A stretch of DNA of 64,000 nt from Candidatus Woesebacteria bacterium RIFCSPHIGHO2_01_FULL_39_32 (GTDB lineage Bacteria; Patescibacteriota; Microgenomatia; UBA8517), in NCBI GenBank assembly GCA_001792345.1, contig MGGJ01000001.1, forward strand, positions 153,710-217,709. Reading direction: 5' to 3'. A model generated the notes under the pieces. That model made no database searches and was not told the DNA's origin. It worked only from the letters and a program-made list of their open reading frames with translations. Of this stretch, positions 18,749 through 28,027 are shown piece by piece. The translations under genes and the position numbers were made by a program. The stretch's first letter is position 1; the number at the start of each line of letters is the position of its first letter.

Positions 18749-19759
18749 ATGGCAGCGAATATAAAAAAAAATAATAAAGAGAGTTTAGCAAGGAAGAAGG
18801 TTCTGGTAAGTGGAGCGGGAGGTTTTATTGGAAATCATTTAGTTACTTTTCTTAGGAAAAAGGGATATTGGGTACGCGGAGTTGATCTCAAATACCCGGA
18901 GTATTCTCTAACCGATGCTGATGAGTTCGAATTACTGGATTTGAGACGTTGGGATAACTGTCTTCAAGCAACTCGTGGCATCGAAGAAGTGTATGCTCTT
19001 GCAGCGGATATGGGGGGGATGGGTTTTATATCGTCTCATCACTCTGAGATTCTTCGGAATAACGCACTTATAAACATTCATACTTTGGAAGCTTCACGGG
19101 TAAACGGAGTAAAGCGTTATTTTTATACATCTTCTGCTTGTGTTTATCCTGAGTATAAACAAACGGAAACAAACGTAGTTCCGCTTAAAGAAGAGGATGC
19201 CTATCCTGCACAACCTCAAGATGCGTATGGGTGGGAAAAACTGATAATCGAAAGACTATGTCATCATTATCGTGAGGATTATAGATTGGAGACGCGTATT
19301 GTTCGCTTTCATAATATATTTGGTCCCTTGGGATCATGGGAAGGTGGTCGTGAAAAAGCTCCTGCAGCAATGTGTAGGAAAGTTGCCACTGTAAAACTTA
19401 CCGGTAATCATGAAATTGAAGTTTGGGGAGACGGAAAGCAAACACGCTCGTTTTGCTATATTGATGACTGCGTCGAAGGAATTTACCGATTGATGCGTTC
19501 TTCGTTTCATGAACCGCTAAACTTAGGACAGGACAGGCTCATTAGTATCAACGAGTTGGCGAAAATGGTAGCGAAAATTGCAGGAATAAAAATTAAGATT
19601 AAGCATGTTGAAGGACCGCAGGGAGTAAGAGGAAGAAATTCGGATAATAGCAAGCTTCGAAAAGTTCTCAAATGGGAGCCAAAAATATCTTTAGAAGATG
19701 GTTTGGCTAAAACATATTCTTGGATTGAAGATCAAGTAAGAATTAAATTCCATAAATAA
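18749..19759 (+). CDS. GDP-mannose 3,5-epimerase-like (GME)
   Basis: LAADMGGMGFI, SSACVYPEYKQ, PQDAYGWEK, RFHNIFGP.G.W.GGREKAPAA.CRK, GVRGRNSDN. Confidence 0.85.
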   Translation: MAANIKKNNKESLARKKVLVSGAGGFIGNHLVTFLRKKGYWVRGVDLKYPEYSLTDADEFELLDLRRWDNCLQATRGIEEVYALAADMGGMGFISSHHSEILRNNALINIHTLEASRVNGVKRYFYTSSACVYPEYKQTETNVVPLKEEDAYPAQPQDAYGWEKLIIERLCHHYREDYRLETRIVRFHNIFGPLGSWEGGREKAPAAMCRKVATVKLTGNHEIEVWGDGKQTRSFCYIDDCVEGIYRLMRSSFHEPLNLGQDRLISINELAKMVAKIAGIKIKIKHVEGPQGVRGRNSDNSKLRKVLKWEPKISLEDGLAKTYSWIEDQVRIKFHK

Positions 19760-19764
19760 TTTTA

Positions 19765-20772
19765 TTATATTAGTTCTCTAGTAACCTCTTTCAGTTTTAA
19801 TGGTTCCCACTTCTTTATAATTTTGTAAGCCTTATCAGTTTGGCACCATACGGTATTGTCTACAATAAGGCTTGTTCTCCAGAAAATGTTGTAGAAAGAG
19901 GCCGGTAAAATTGGTTCAAGTAAATGAATGTATCTTCTTCCAAACTTGGCTAAACTCCAAATAAAATTAGGTAGCTGAATCTGTTTGTAAGGTTTATTTA
20001 TAGAGTCGTAAAGAATTTTACTTATATCTGCCATTGTTAACGATTCTGTATAGAGGATGTACGTTGATGGGAGACCAGGTTTTGGAAGGTGTTGCGAAAA
20101 ATATAAAAGGGCGTAAATTACATCTCGTACATGAATAATACTTGTTAAGCCGGGCCAGTTAAGACGAGTAATTATAGAATTTTTGCGGACAAGTTTTGGA
20201 AGTATTGCAAACATGCTATTTGTCCTGGAATTTTTTCCATACACAGTATTTAGCCTTAATATTGTTAATCGAAATTTTTTCTTTTTACATTTCTTGATAA
20301 GAATTCTTTCTGCATCAAGTTTTGTTCGGGAATATTCATTTGTTGGATAACTTAGACTTCGCTCATTTATTGGTACTCTACAATTAGGTCTACCTCCAAT
20401 GAAGGCTACGCTGCTCGTGTAGATAATATGTACTGAAGGGCCAAGATTAAGCGAGTCAAGTAAGTGTTTTGTTCCAATGTTATTAACACGATGGTCTTTT
20501 GTTCCTGTATTTGTATTTGCGGCCAAATGGAATACTGTCGAGACATTTGAAGGAATATTCTTAAGCCCCGCTTTGGTTACAAGATCTATTTTTTGCAATC
20601 TAAACCCAAGTTTTGTGATTAGCCTTTGTCCTTCCTTTTCTATAGCAGAATCGTTGTCCCATGTGAGACAGTAAGTGTAATTCTTACTTTTTTGTTTAGA
20701 CAGTGTTTTTAATAGTTCTTTACCAATAAAACTTGTTGGTCCGGTAATGAGGATTAAAGAATTTTTATTCAT
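19765..20772 (-). CDS. NAD-dependent epimerase/dehydratase family protein
   Basis: TGPTSFIG (divergent Rossmann motif), HLAA, YSRTK, LR...VYG, IHV.DV. Confidence 0.75.
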   Translation of the reverse strand: MNKNSLILITGPTSFIGKELLKTLSKQKSKNYTYCLTWDNDSAIEKEGQRLITKLGFRLQKIDLVTKAGLKNIPSNVSTVFHLAANTNTGTKDHRVNNIGTKHLLDSLNLGPSVHIIYTSSVAFIGGRPNCRVPINERSLSYPTNEYSRTKLDAERILIKKCKKKKFRLTILRLNTVYGKNSRTNSMFAILPKLVRKNSIITRLNWPGLTSIIHVRDVIYALLYFSQHLPKPGLPSTYILYTESLTMADISKILYDSINKPYKQIQLPNFIWSLAKFGRRYIHLLEPILPASFYNIFWRTSLIVDNTVWCQTDKAYKIIKKWEPLKLKEVTRELI

Positions 20773-20833
20773 AAGAAATTTATATGTATTTTAAATCAAA
20801 TTTCAATGAAGTATAATCAGAAAAATTGGAGTT

Positions 20834-22225
20834 ATGTTAGACAATAACTTAAAAATAGCGAAACTTTGGCAAAAATATTATCTTCAGAATAATTACTATC
20901 ATCAAGATATACACCGTTTGGTAAAAAAAATAATCCCTCCAGATGCCTCTATACTAGAATTCAGTTCCAGGGGTGGGGAATTATTAGCAGAGTTGCCAAA
21001 TAAGAATAAAACTGCATCAGAATTTGACAACGGACTTTTGCAATTACTTTATAGTAAAAACAAAAAAACCAGAGTCATTGATGCAAAAAAGCTCCCATCG
21101 AGAAGCAAGAAAAAGTATGACTATATTTTGCTATCACACACTCTATCGGAAATAGATAATATTCAAGATTTTATTGGAAAAATAAAAGTACTTTGTCGCG
21201 ACGATACAAAAATTGTTGTATTTCATTTTAACTATTTATGGAAACCACTTCTCGATACAGTAGAAGTTCTAGGATTGATAATGCCTTCTCAAAAAGAACC
21301 GAATTGGCTATCTCAGTCGGATATTGACAATTTTTTTATCTTAGAAAGTTTTGTAAAAGTCAAGCAAGGACAAAGCTTTCTTTTTCCGTTTTTTGTCCCC
21401 TTTGTTTCCGATCTGTTGAATCGTATATTTTCTCAGATCCCCCCCTTTTCTTATTTTTGTTTAACAAGATATGCGGTTTATAAACCCATAAAAGAAAAAA
21501 AAGATTTTTCAGTTTCGATTATTATTCCCGCACGGAATGAGGCCGGAAATATGAAGAGAATCTTTAATAAAATTCCAAGTTTAGGAACATCAACTGAAAT
21601 CATTTTTGTAGAGGGTCATTCAAGAGATGATACCTACGCAACAATAAAAAAAGAAATAGCAAATTATAAAGGACCGTTAAAAGCATCTTTATGTAAACAA
21701 AAGGGAAAGGGTAAAGGCAATGCTGTGAGGCTTGGTTTTTCGAAGGCACATAACGAGCTATTGATGATTCTGGATGCAGATTTAACCGTTGATCCTAAAG
21801 AGTTACCAAAATTTTATTGTGCAGTAAGAGACGGTATCGCAGATTTTGTGATGGGTTCCCGACTTGTATATCCAATGGAAAAACTCGCCATGCGGACGTT
21901 AAATATTTTCGGGAATAAATTTTTTAGTATTGCTTTTTCTTTTTTACTTGATCAAAGGATTAAAGATACATTATGTGGAACAAAAGTTCTATTTAGAAAA
22001 GATTATTTAATGATCGCAAAAAATAGAAAGTTTTTCGGAGATTTTGATCCCTTCGGTGATTACGATCTTATTTTTGGAGCATCAAGGCTTAATTTGAAAA
22101 TTGTCGAAGTACCAATTAGATATAAAGAGAGAACATACGGAAAGACAAACATCAGTAGATTTAGACACGGCCTTCTACTTTTGCAAATGGTTTTATTTGC
22201 AGCTAGGAAATTAAAATTTAACTAG
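20834..22225 (+). CDS. Methyltransferase-like domain fused to a DPM1-like GT2
   Basis: N-terminus SILEF...GG.LL (degenerate SAM motif); C-terminus IIPARNE, EGHS.D, GKG.AV..GF, ILDAD, GSR, DTLCGTK. Confidence 0.85.
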   Translation: MLDNNLKIAKLWQKYYLQNNYYHQDIHRLVKKIIPPDASILEFSSRGGELLAELPNKNKTASEFDNGLLQLLYSKNKKTRVIDAKKLPSRSKKKYDYILLSHTLSEIDNIQDFIGKIKVLCRDDTKIVVFHFNYLWKPLLDTVEVLGLIMPSQKEPNWLSQSDIDNFFILESFVKVKQGQSFLFPFFVPFVSDLLNRIFSQIPPFSYFCLTRYAVYKPIKEKKDFSVSIIIPARNEAGNMKRIFNKIPSLGTSTEIIFVEGHSRDDTYATIKKEIANYKGPLKASLCKQKGKGKGNAVRLGFSKAHNELLMILDADLTVDPKELPKFYCAVRDGIADFVMGSRLVYPMEKLAMRTLNIFGNKFFSIAFSFLLDQRIKDTLCGTKVLFRKDYLMIAKNRKFFGDFDPFGDYDLIFGASRLNLKIVEVPIRYKERTYGKTNISRFRHGLLLLQMVLFAARKLKFN

Positions 22226-22780
22226 TTTTTTAGTTAATTTGAATGCAACGTGGGAAAAGGGATACCATCGCGGAGTGGGAACATCTTCAATTTCCCATTT
22301 TAAGCGCATTTTCTTAAACAGTATTTTCCATTCGCTTTCGGTTCGGTAAGTAAAAGGAATACTCATTCTTGGATTGTGGATTTTGTTTATTAAATAATCG
22401 AACAATTTCCCAATTGGAGTAGGACGCAATTCAAATAATAAAACTACTTTAGCAACTCTTAAAGATTCCATTATTAATTTTTCCTGATTTTCGTATTCTA
22501 CATGATGAAGTACGTCGCTAAACATGACCATATTAAAAGTATTATTTTCAAAAGGTAGTTTATCGACTTGATTCATTTTGGTAAAAGGTATTGGGACAAT
22601 AAGGTATTTATCAATATCGCAACCATGTACTTTTATTTTAATATTTTTTTGTAATTCATATCCTACGATTCCCGTCCCGCAACCGACGTCTAATACGTAT
22701 TCCCCTCCCTTTATCCATTTATTATAAATAGACGTAATTAACCTAGCCCTATAAACCGATGTAATATTTGCCAGTGCCAT
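22211..22780 (-). CDS. Class I SAM-dependent methyltransferase
   Basis: VLDVGCGTG, LPFENNTF, VLHH; start moved to ATG 22780 to avoid overlap with the divergent GT2. Confidence 0.85.
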   Translation of the reverse strand: MALANITSVYRARLITSIYNKWIKGGEYVLDVGCGTGIVGYELQKNIKIKVHGCDIDKYLIVPIPFTKMNQVDKLPFENNTFNMVMFSDVLHHVEYENQEKLIMESLRVAKVVLLFELRPTPIGKLFDYLINKIHNPRMSIPFTYRTESEWKILFKKMRLKWEIEDVPTPRWYPFSHVAFKLTKKLVKF

Positions 22781-22802
22781 ACTGTTAATTGGTGTAAGAC
22801 AT

Positions 22803-22810
22803 ATTATAAT
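22803..22810. promoter_or_regulatory. Palindromic ATTATAAT: overlapping divergent -10 boxes
   Basis: TATAAT on + at 22805-22810 (7 nt before ATG 22818) and on - at 22808-22803, inside a 37-bp intergenic gap. Confidence 0.5.
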
Positions 22811-22817
22811 TGCAGTA

Positions 22818-23654
22818 ATGCGCATAAAGAAACCTTTAGTTTCAATTATAGTAACTACAAAAAACGAAGAACAGGTTCTAGGAAGACTATTGAGTAGCAT
22901 CAAAACACAAACTTCTGAAGATTGGGAGATAATTATTGTGGATAATAATTCTGCCGATAGAACAAAACAAATTGCTTTGAAATATACCAGGCACGTCTAT
23001 AATAAAGGACCTGAAAGGAGCGCGCAAAGGAATTTTGGTGCCAAAACGGGTAAAGGAAAGTATTTATTTTTTTTAGACGCGGATATGGAGCTATCCAAAG
23101 AGGTTATTAAGGAATGCTTGATAATAGTTGAGAAGAACAACAAAATTGGGGCTGTTGTCATACCTGAGAAGTCTATAGCACATACTTTTTGGGAAAAAGT
23201 TAAGGCATTTGAGCGGTCTTTTTATAATTTAGAGGGAGATGAGGCAACAGATGCAGCCAGATTTTTTCCCAAAAAAGTTTTTGATTTAGCTGGAGGATAT
23301 GATGAAAATATCACCGGTCCAGAGGATTGGGATTTACCAGAGACTATTGAAAAAATGGGATATAAAATTGGAAGAATAAAGTCACTGGTTTATCACCATG
23401 AGAGGGTGCTCAATCCTTTTAAGCTGGGAAAGAAGAAATACTACTATGGATTAAGAGCGCACAGCTATATGTCTAAACACGATGTTTCTGTTTTCGGTTC
23501 TAAAACAATATATTTTCTTCGTCCTGTGTTTTACCGTAATTGGAAGCGACTTATAGCACATCCAATTTTGACTCTTGCGATGTTTTATATGCTATCTATT
23601 GAACAAGTCAGTGGAGGATTAGGCTACATAGTAGGGAGGATAAAAAATGCCTAG
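22818..23654 (+). CDS. GT2 glycosyltransferase
   Basis: SIIV.T.NEE, VDN.S.D.T, QRN.GA, FLDADM, GGYDE...GPEDWD. Confidence 0.9.
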   Translation: MRIKKPLVSIIVTTKNEEQVLGRLLSSIKTQTSEDWEIIIVDNNSADRTKQIALKYTRHVYNKGPERSAQRNFGAKTGKGKYLFFLDADMELSKEVIKECLIIVEKNNKIGAVVIPEKSIAHTFWEKVKAFERSFYNLEGDEATDAARFFPKKVFDLAGGYDENITGPEDWDLPETIEKMGYKIGRIKSLVYHHERVLNPFKLGKKKYYYGLRAHSYMSKHDVSVFGSKTIYFLRPVFYRNWKRLIAHPILTLAMFYMLSIEQVSGGLGYIVGRIKNA

Positions 23655-24783
23655 GTCTGTTCTTCTGATTACCTCTCCATTTCGACCAAATATTGGCGGG
23701 GTTGAAACTCACCTTGACGATTTAATTTTGGAAGGCGTTAAAAGACGTATTAATTTTCGAGTAGTAACATATCAACCTTTGGTTACTCCTGCTCGGGGAA
23801 AATTTATCGAGAAGGGAAGAGGAGTTATAATCTATCGTATTCCCTGGCCGCGATTTAATCTATTTTTACGCTTAGAAAAATTTCCATTACTTGAATTTTT
23901 ATATCTATTCCCGGGCTTATTTATAGCTGGGATTATTTATCTCCTGTTTAAAGGGAAGGACATATCGACTATTCATGGTCAAGGATTGGTTGCAGGATCA
24001 ATCGGGGTATTTTTAGGGTTAATTTTTGATAAGCGTTCACTAATTTCTACTCATTCTATATACAATTTTCCGGAATCAGGATTTTACAATTCTTTTGTAC
24101 AATCGATTTTTAATAAAACTGAACATATACTAACTCTTTCAAATCAATCAAAAGATGAAATATTGAAATTAGGAACACCAAAGGACAAGGTAACAACCTT
24201 TACTTATTGGGTCGATCAGGATAAGTTTAAACCAACCGATAAACAGTTCACTCGTACGAAAGTTAAATTTCCCAAGAATGAACTTGTCTGTCTTTTTGTA
24301 GGAAGGTTAGTAGAAGTAAAAGGCGTAAGGGAATTAATTAGTTCCAGTAAATTTTTAATTAAAGGTATAAAAATAGTCATAATAGGCGATGGACCTTTAG
24401 CCAACGAGATTCAAGCCATGGCTAGAAAATCAAAAAAAATTGATTTTTTGGGGAAAATTGGTAATGACAGATTACCCTTATATTACGGTGCTTCAGATGT
24501 TTTGATAGTCCCTTCTATTCACGAAGAAGGTTTTGGAAGGGTAATTCTGGAAGCACTTTCTTGTGGATTGCCTGTAATTGGCTCGAGTCGTGGTGCAATC
24601 TCTGAGGCAATGGATGAATCTGTCGGTTATTTTATTGATGTATCCTCTAAATCTATCGCTTTTGCGCTAAATACTATAGTTAAAAACAAAAACGAACTCA
24701 TGAAAAAAGCAAAAAAATCCAGACCGTTTGCTTTAAGGCGATATGGAAGTGATAATATCGAAGAAATAATTAAATTTTATTAG
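23647..24783 (+). CDS. GT4 glycosyltransferase (paralog of the next gene)
   Basis: P.IGGVETH, FVGRL...KG, PS..EEGFGRV.LEAL.CG.PV. Confidence 0.9.
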   Translation: MPRSVLLITSPFRPNIGGVETHLDDLILEGVKRRINFRVVTYQPLVTPARGKFIEKGRGVIIYRIPWPRFNLFLRLEKFPLLEFLYLFPGLFIAGIIYLLFKGKDISTIHGQGLVAGSIGVFLGLIFDKRSLISTHSIYNFPESGFYNSFVQSIFNKTEHILTLSNQSKDEILKLGTPKDKVTTFTYWVDQDKFKPTDKQFTRTKVKFPKNELVCLFVGRLVEVKGVRELISSSKFLIKGIKIVIIGDGPLANEIQAMARKSKKIDFLGKIGNDRLPLYYGASDVLIVPSIHEEGFGRVILEALSCGLPVIGSSRGAISEAMDESVGYFIDVSSKSIAFALNTIVKNKNELMKKAKKSRPFALRRYGSDNIEEIIKFY

Positions 24784-24794
24784 GCTCGATTATC

Positions 24795-25937
24795 ATGCAT
24801 AAAAAGAATGTTTTAATTACAACCTCCCACTTTCACCCAAATGTAGGTGGGGTTGAAACACATTTGAATGACTTAGTATTGGCATTAAATAAAAGAAACT
24901 GGGAGGTAATCGTTGCCTGTTATAAACCTTTAGCAAGAGATATTAAAATTCCATTTGTTGAGAAGAAAAGTAAGAAACTACTAATTTATCGAATGCCGTG
25001 GGTGGGATTTAATCTGGTACATCTTTTAACCCCTTATCCAGTTCTTGAGTTTTTATATCTTTTCCCAGGACTTTTTCTGGTCAATTTGTATGCATTAATC
25101 AAGCATCCCGAGATTAACGTAATTCATTCTCAGGGATTGGTTCCGGGAGTTGTTGGTATAGTACTCGGAAGGATTTTTAATAAAAGGGTTATTGTGAGCA
25201 CTCATAACTTATATTTTTTCCCCCAAAATGGTTACTACAAGACTTTTTCGGCTTGGATATTATCTTTTGCCGATACTATATTGACGTTATCCAATCAATC
25301 AAAAGATGAGATAGCGAGAATTGGAGTACCAAAAGAGATGATTAAACCCTTTCGTTATTGGCTTAACCTAAAAACATTTAAACCAAAAGATAAAATTATT
25401 GCCAGAGGAAAGCTTGGATTAAATGAAAGCTTCATAGTCTTTTTTGTGGGTAGACTTATTGAAACTAAGGGAGTGAAAATATTAATGCAGGTAAGCAAAA
25501 ATTTAAAAAATGTAACCTTTATTTTTGCTGGATTAGGACCCTTACAGGAAGATTTGAATAAACTTTCTGCTAAACAAAAAAATCTTAAATATGTTGGTTT
25601 ACTTTTTCCCGAGAAAGTGCGTTTATATATGAGTGCATCCGACGTTGTTGCTGTGCCTTCGACCGTCGACGAAGGTTACGGCCGGGTTGCAATGGAGGCG
25701 CTAGCCTGTGGAACGCCAGTCTTTGCTGCCAACAAAGGAGGCTTGAATGAAGTAGTCACTAAAGACGTGGGACTATTAGTAAATCCAAATCCTAAAGATT
25801 ATAACAATGCAGTTAAGTTTGCTTTAACAAATCGGAAAATATTAAGCAATCTTGCTAAAAATACAAGGAGATATGCATTGAGGTACTTTGGCGAGAAAAA
25901 TGTTGAAAAAATTATTGATTCTTATGAAGGTAAATAG
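24795..25937 (+). CDS. GT4 glycosyltransferase (paralog of the previous gene)
   Basis: PNVGGVETHL, LEFLYLFPGLF shared with 23647; EGYGRV..EALACGTPV. Confidence 0.9.
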   Translation: MHKKNVLITTSHFHPNVGGVETHLNDLVLALNKRNWEVIVACYKPLARDIKIPFVEKKSKKLLIYRMPWVGFNLVHLLTPYPVLEFLYLFPGLFLVNLYALIKHPEINVIHSQGLVPGVVGIVLGRIFNKRVIVSTHNLYFFPQNGYYKTFSAWILSFADTILTLSNQSKDEIARIGVPKEMIKPFRYWLNLKTFKPKDKIIARGKLGLNESFIVFFVGRLIETKGVKILMQVSKNLKNVTFIFAGLGPLQEDLNKLSAKQKNLKYVGLLFPEKVRLYMSASDVVAVPSTVDEGYGRVAMEALACGTPVFAANKGGLNEVVTKDVGLLVNPNPKDYNNAVKFALTNRKILSNLAKNTRRYALRYFGEKNVEKIIDSYEGK

Positions 25938-27249
25938 CACCTTTCCTCTTAGGTGTTTTGGTTCTTTTCGAATTAGATACAGTTTTTAAAAGTTTTATCT
26001 TTGGAGATCCGTTTTTCGAACGTACTATTTTTCGCCTATTTTTAACAACGCGATTATTTTTGTTATAATTTTTTAGAGCGATAGTTTTTTCACCATCTAC
26101 TGTTTTGATTGTATTTACCCAAACGCGCATGCAATATGCAAGGTGGTGAAAGTATCCTCGAGTTGCCGTATTCCAAACAAACCCGTCAAATTTTTGTACC
26201 GCGTCCTCCATTTGGTAAGCTAGACTCAAGTAACTTTCAGTATAGGTTGAACCATCAAGTTTTACTTCAGTTAGCCATTGAAGTAAGTCTTCTAAAACGG
26301 TAATACAGCCAAGCTCTTGTTGAATGTCTTTGAGATGGTTGTGCGAGTTTCTTATATGTTTTACTATCGGAGACCCGATTCTTATACCATACCCTAAATG
26401 TTTTACACATGTTTGGGCAAAATAGCCACTAAAAATATCTCCATACCGGTCGATTGGTAATCCTGAAAGTGTGTACCCCATTTTTACAAACCAATAAGAG
26501 GGAATTACTGCTTTGTTTAATCCGGTGTTTTGTGTATTTATTGTAGTCCAAGTATTTTTACTAAGCACTACAGAGCGATTGGAGAATGAAGATGCGTATG
26601 GTTTAACCCCGAGCCAAGTAATTGCGTCAACATCGGGTTCTTTTAACCATAGGCCAGTATTGATATGCACATCGACTTCTGAATTTTTTTCTTCAATTTG
26701 ATCTTCAGAAAATCTGGCAAAATAAGGATAGCCTCTGGGGTATACAACTCCAGTATTTCTAAATTTAAGTAAACTGCAGTTATTAAACCAACCGTTGGGA
26801 TTATGAACTACGTTTTGCCTCGTCTCGCCACTACCTACAACAGTATGTTCTTTATAAAAATTAGTGCCCTCAATAGGGTAATTATCGTCATCAATAGAAA
26901 TAACAATTTCATCCCCCGAATCATAAGCCATTAGATAACCGATATTCCTGCGATTATCGGAGTCATAGGGAACAATATTATAAATAGCCCCTAGCTTTTT
27001 TAAATATTCTTCCTGCTCTTCTAGCGTTGGACAATTAATGTTAAACCCGAAATCTTTAAGTATTTGGCATTTCTGGTAAAGTTCATGGGGGCTTTTACGA
27101 TCGGGGATAACAATGATTCTTGTTCGATCTACAACCCCCTCCTCCATCATTTTTTTTGTATAGGAAGTTAAAAAAGACCCATCAAAGATAGAAGTTACAA
27201 TTACAGAAATATTTTTTGGTTTATTTTTCCTTTTGTCTCTTTTTTTCAT
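25912..27249 (-). CDS. RGP/UDP-arabinopyranose mutase (GT75)/STELLO-like protein
   Basis: RRNIGYL.A.....ISIDDDN, RGYPYFAR, GLWLKEPDVDA, RYGDIFSG; very basic C-terminal tail. Confidence 0.7.
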   Translation of the reverse strand: MKKRDKRKNKPKNISVIVTSIFDGSFLTSYTKKMMEEGVVDRTRIIVIPDRKSPHELYQKCQILKDFGFNINCPTLEEQEEYLKKLGAIYNIVPYDSDNRRNIGYLMAYDSGDEIVISIDDDNYPIEGTNFYKEHTVVGSGETRQNVVHNPNGWFNNCSLLKFRNTGVVYPRGYPYFARFSEDQIEEKNSEVDVHINTGLWLKEPDVDAITWLGVKPYASSFSNRSVVLSKNTWTTINTQNTGLNKAVIPSYWFVKMGYTLSGLPIDRYGDIFSGYFAQTCVKHLGYGIRIGSPIVKHIRNSHNHLKDIQQELGCITVLEDLLQWLTEVKLDGSTYTESYLSLAYQMEDAVQKFDGFVWNTATRGYFHHLAYCMRVWVNTIKTVDGEKTIALKNYNKNNRVVKNRRKIVRSKNGSPKIKLLKTVSNSKRTKTPKRKGAIYLHKNQ

Positions 27250-27929
27250 GAAATTAACTCATTCCACAGAACCTTTAAATTTTCTCTCCCTGTTTTAAAA
27301 GATGGCATTGTTGTTTCTCCGTGGATGCGTTTTCCTTCTTTTGTAGGAAAATCAGCAATCTTTACATTGTATTTGAGTGCACGAATAATTTGTTCATAAT
27401 CTGGGGCAACTGGGTTAGGTATATTTATTTTAAGTTTTTTCCATGCATTGCGTGTAAACGCTCGATATCCTTGGGTCGTGTCCGTACACTTATTTCCATT
27501 TCTCCCCCAAATAATGTTTGCAATAATAGCCAATCCTTGATTAAACCATTTACGCGGTTTTAGGATTTGATCATCTTCTTCATTATATGCTCTCTTTATC
27601 ATTCGTGAAGCTACTATAAATTCATGGCCTTTTTTTAGAAGTTTTACAAATTTATTTATGTCTTTAGGATCCATATTCCCGTCAGGATGAAAAAATATTA
27701 AAGCATCTTCTTTCGTGCTTCTGAATGCTGATTCATACGCTCCTCCAACACCTTTATATTTTTGTCCGAAAACTTTTATTCTTTTACTTTTCCAAAATTC
27801 GGAAGTTCCGTCGTTAGAATTACCGTCTATTACGTAAATTGCGTCAACTAAATTTCTAGGAATTTTGGAGTAAATTAATTCCGAATTTTTTCTTTCATTT
27901 CTTGTAAAAATAACAAGAGCAACTTTCAT
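27246..27929 (-). CDS. GT2, DPM1-like polyprenyl-phosphate sugar synthase
   Basis: T.NE, IDGNS.DGT, FHPDGN, ASR, TD..QGYRAF, R.HGET; start moved to ATG 27929. Confidence 0.85.
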   Translation of the reverse strand: MKVALVIFTRNERKNSELIYSKIPRNLVDAIYVIDGNSNDGTSEFWKSKRIKVFGQKYKGVGGAYESAFRSTKEDALIFFHPDGNMDPKDINKFVKLLKKGHEFIVASRMIKRAYNEEDDQILKPRKWFNQGLAIIANIIWGRNGNKCTDTTQGYRAFTRNAWKKLKINIPNPVAPDYEQIIRALKYNVKIADFPTKEGKRIHGETTMPSFKTGRENLKVLWNELIS

Positions 27930-28027
27930 TTGAGGTCGTAAGCATAAAATACATAGAAACCTATAAAAAATCAACAATTGAATTAGTTATATAGCAAAAA
28001 ATTATTACCTAATGTAGAATTGTTGTT

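Noticed and set aside
22781-22903. N-terminal extensions of track ORFs (22903, 27977, 43214, 49165, 12359, 4232)
   Set aside because: They overlap neighbouring genes or use rare start codons; downstream ATGs fit domain starts and ATGA coupling better.
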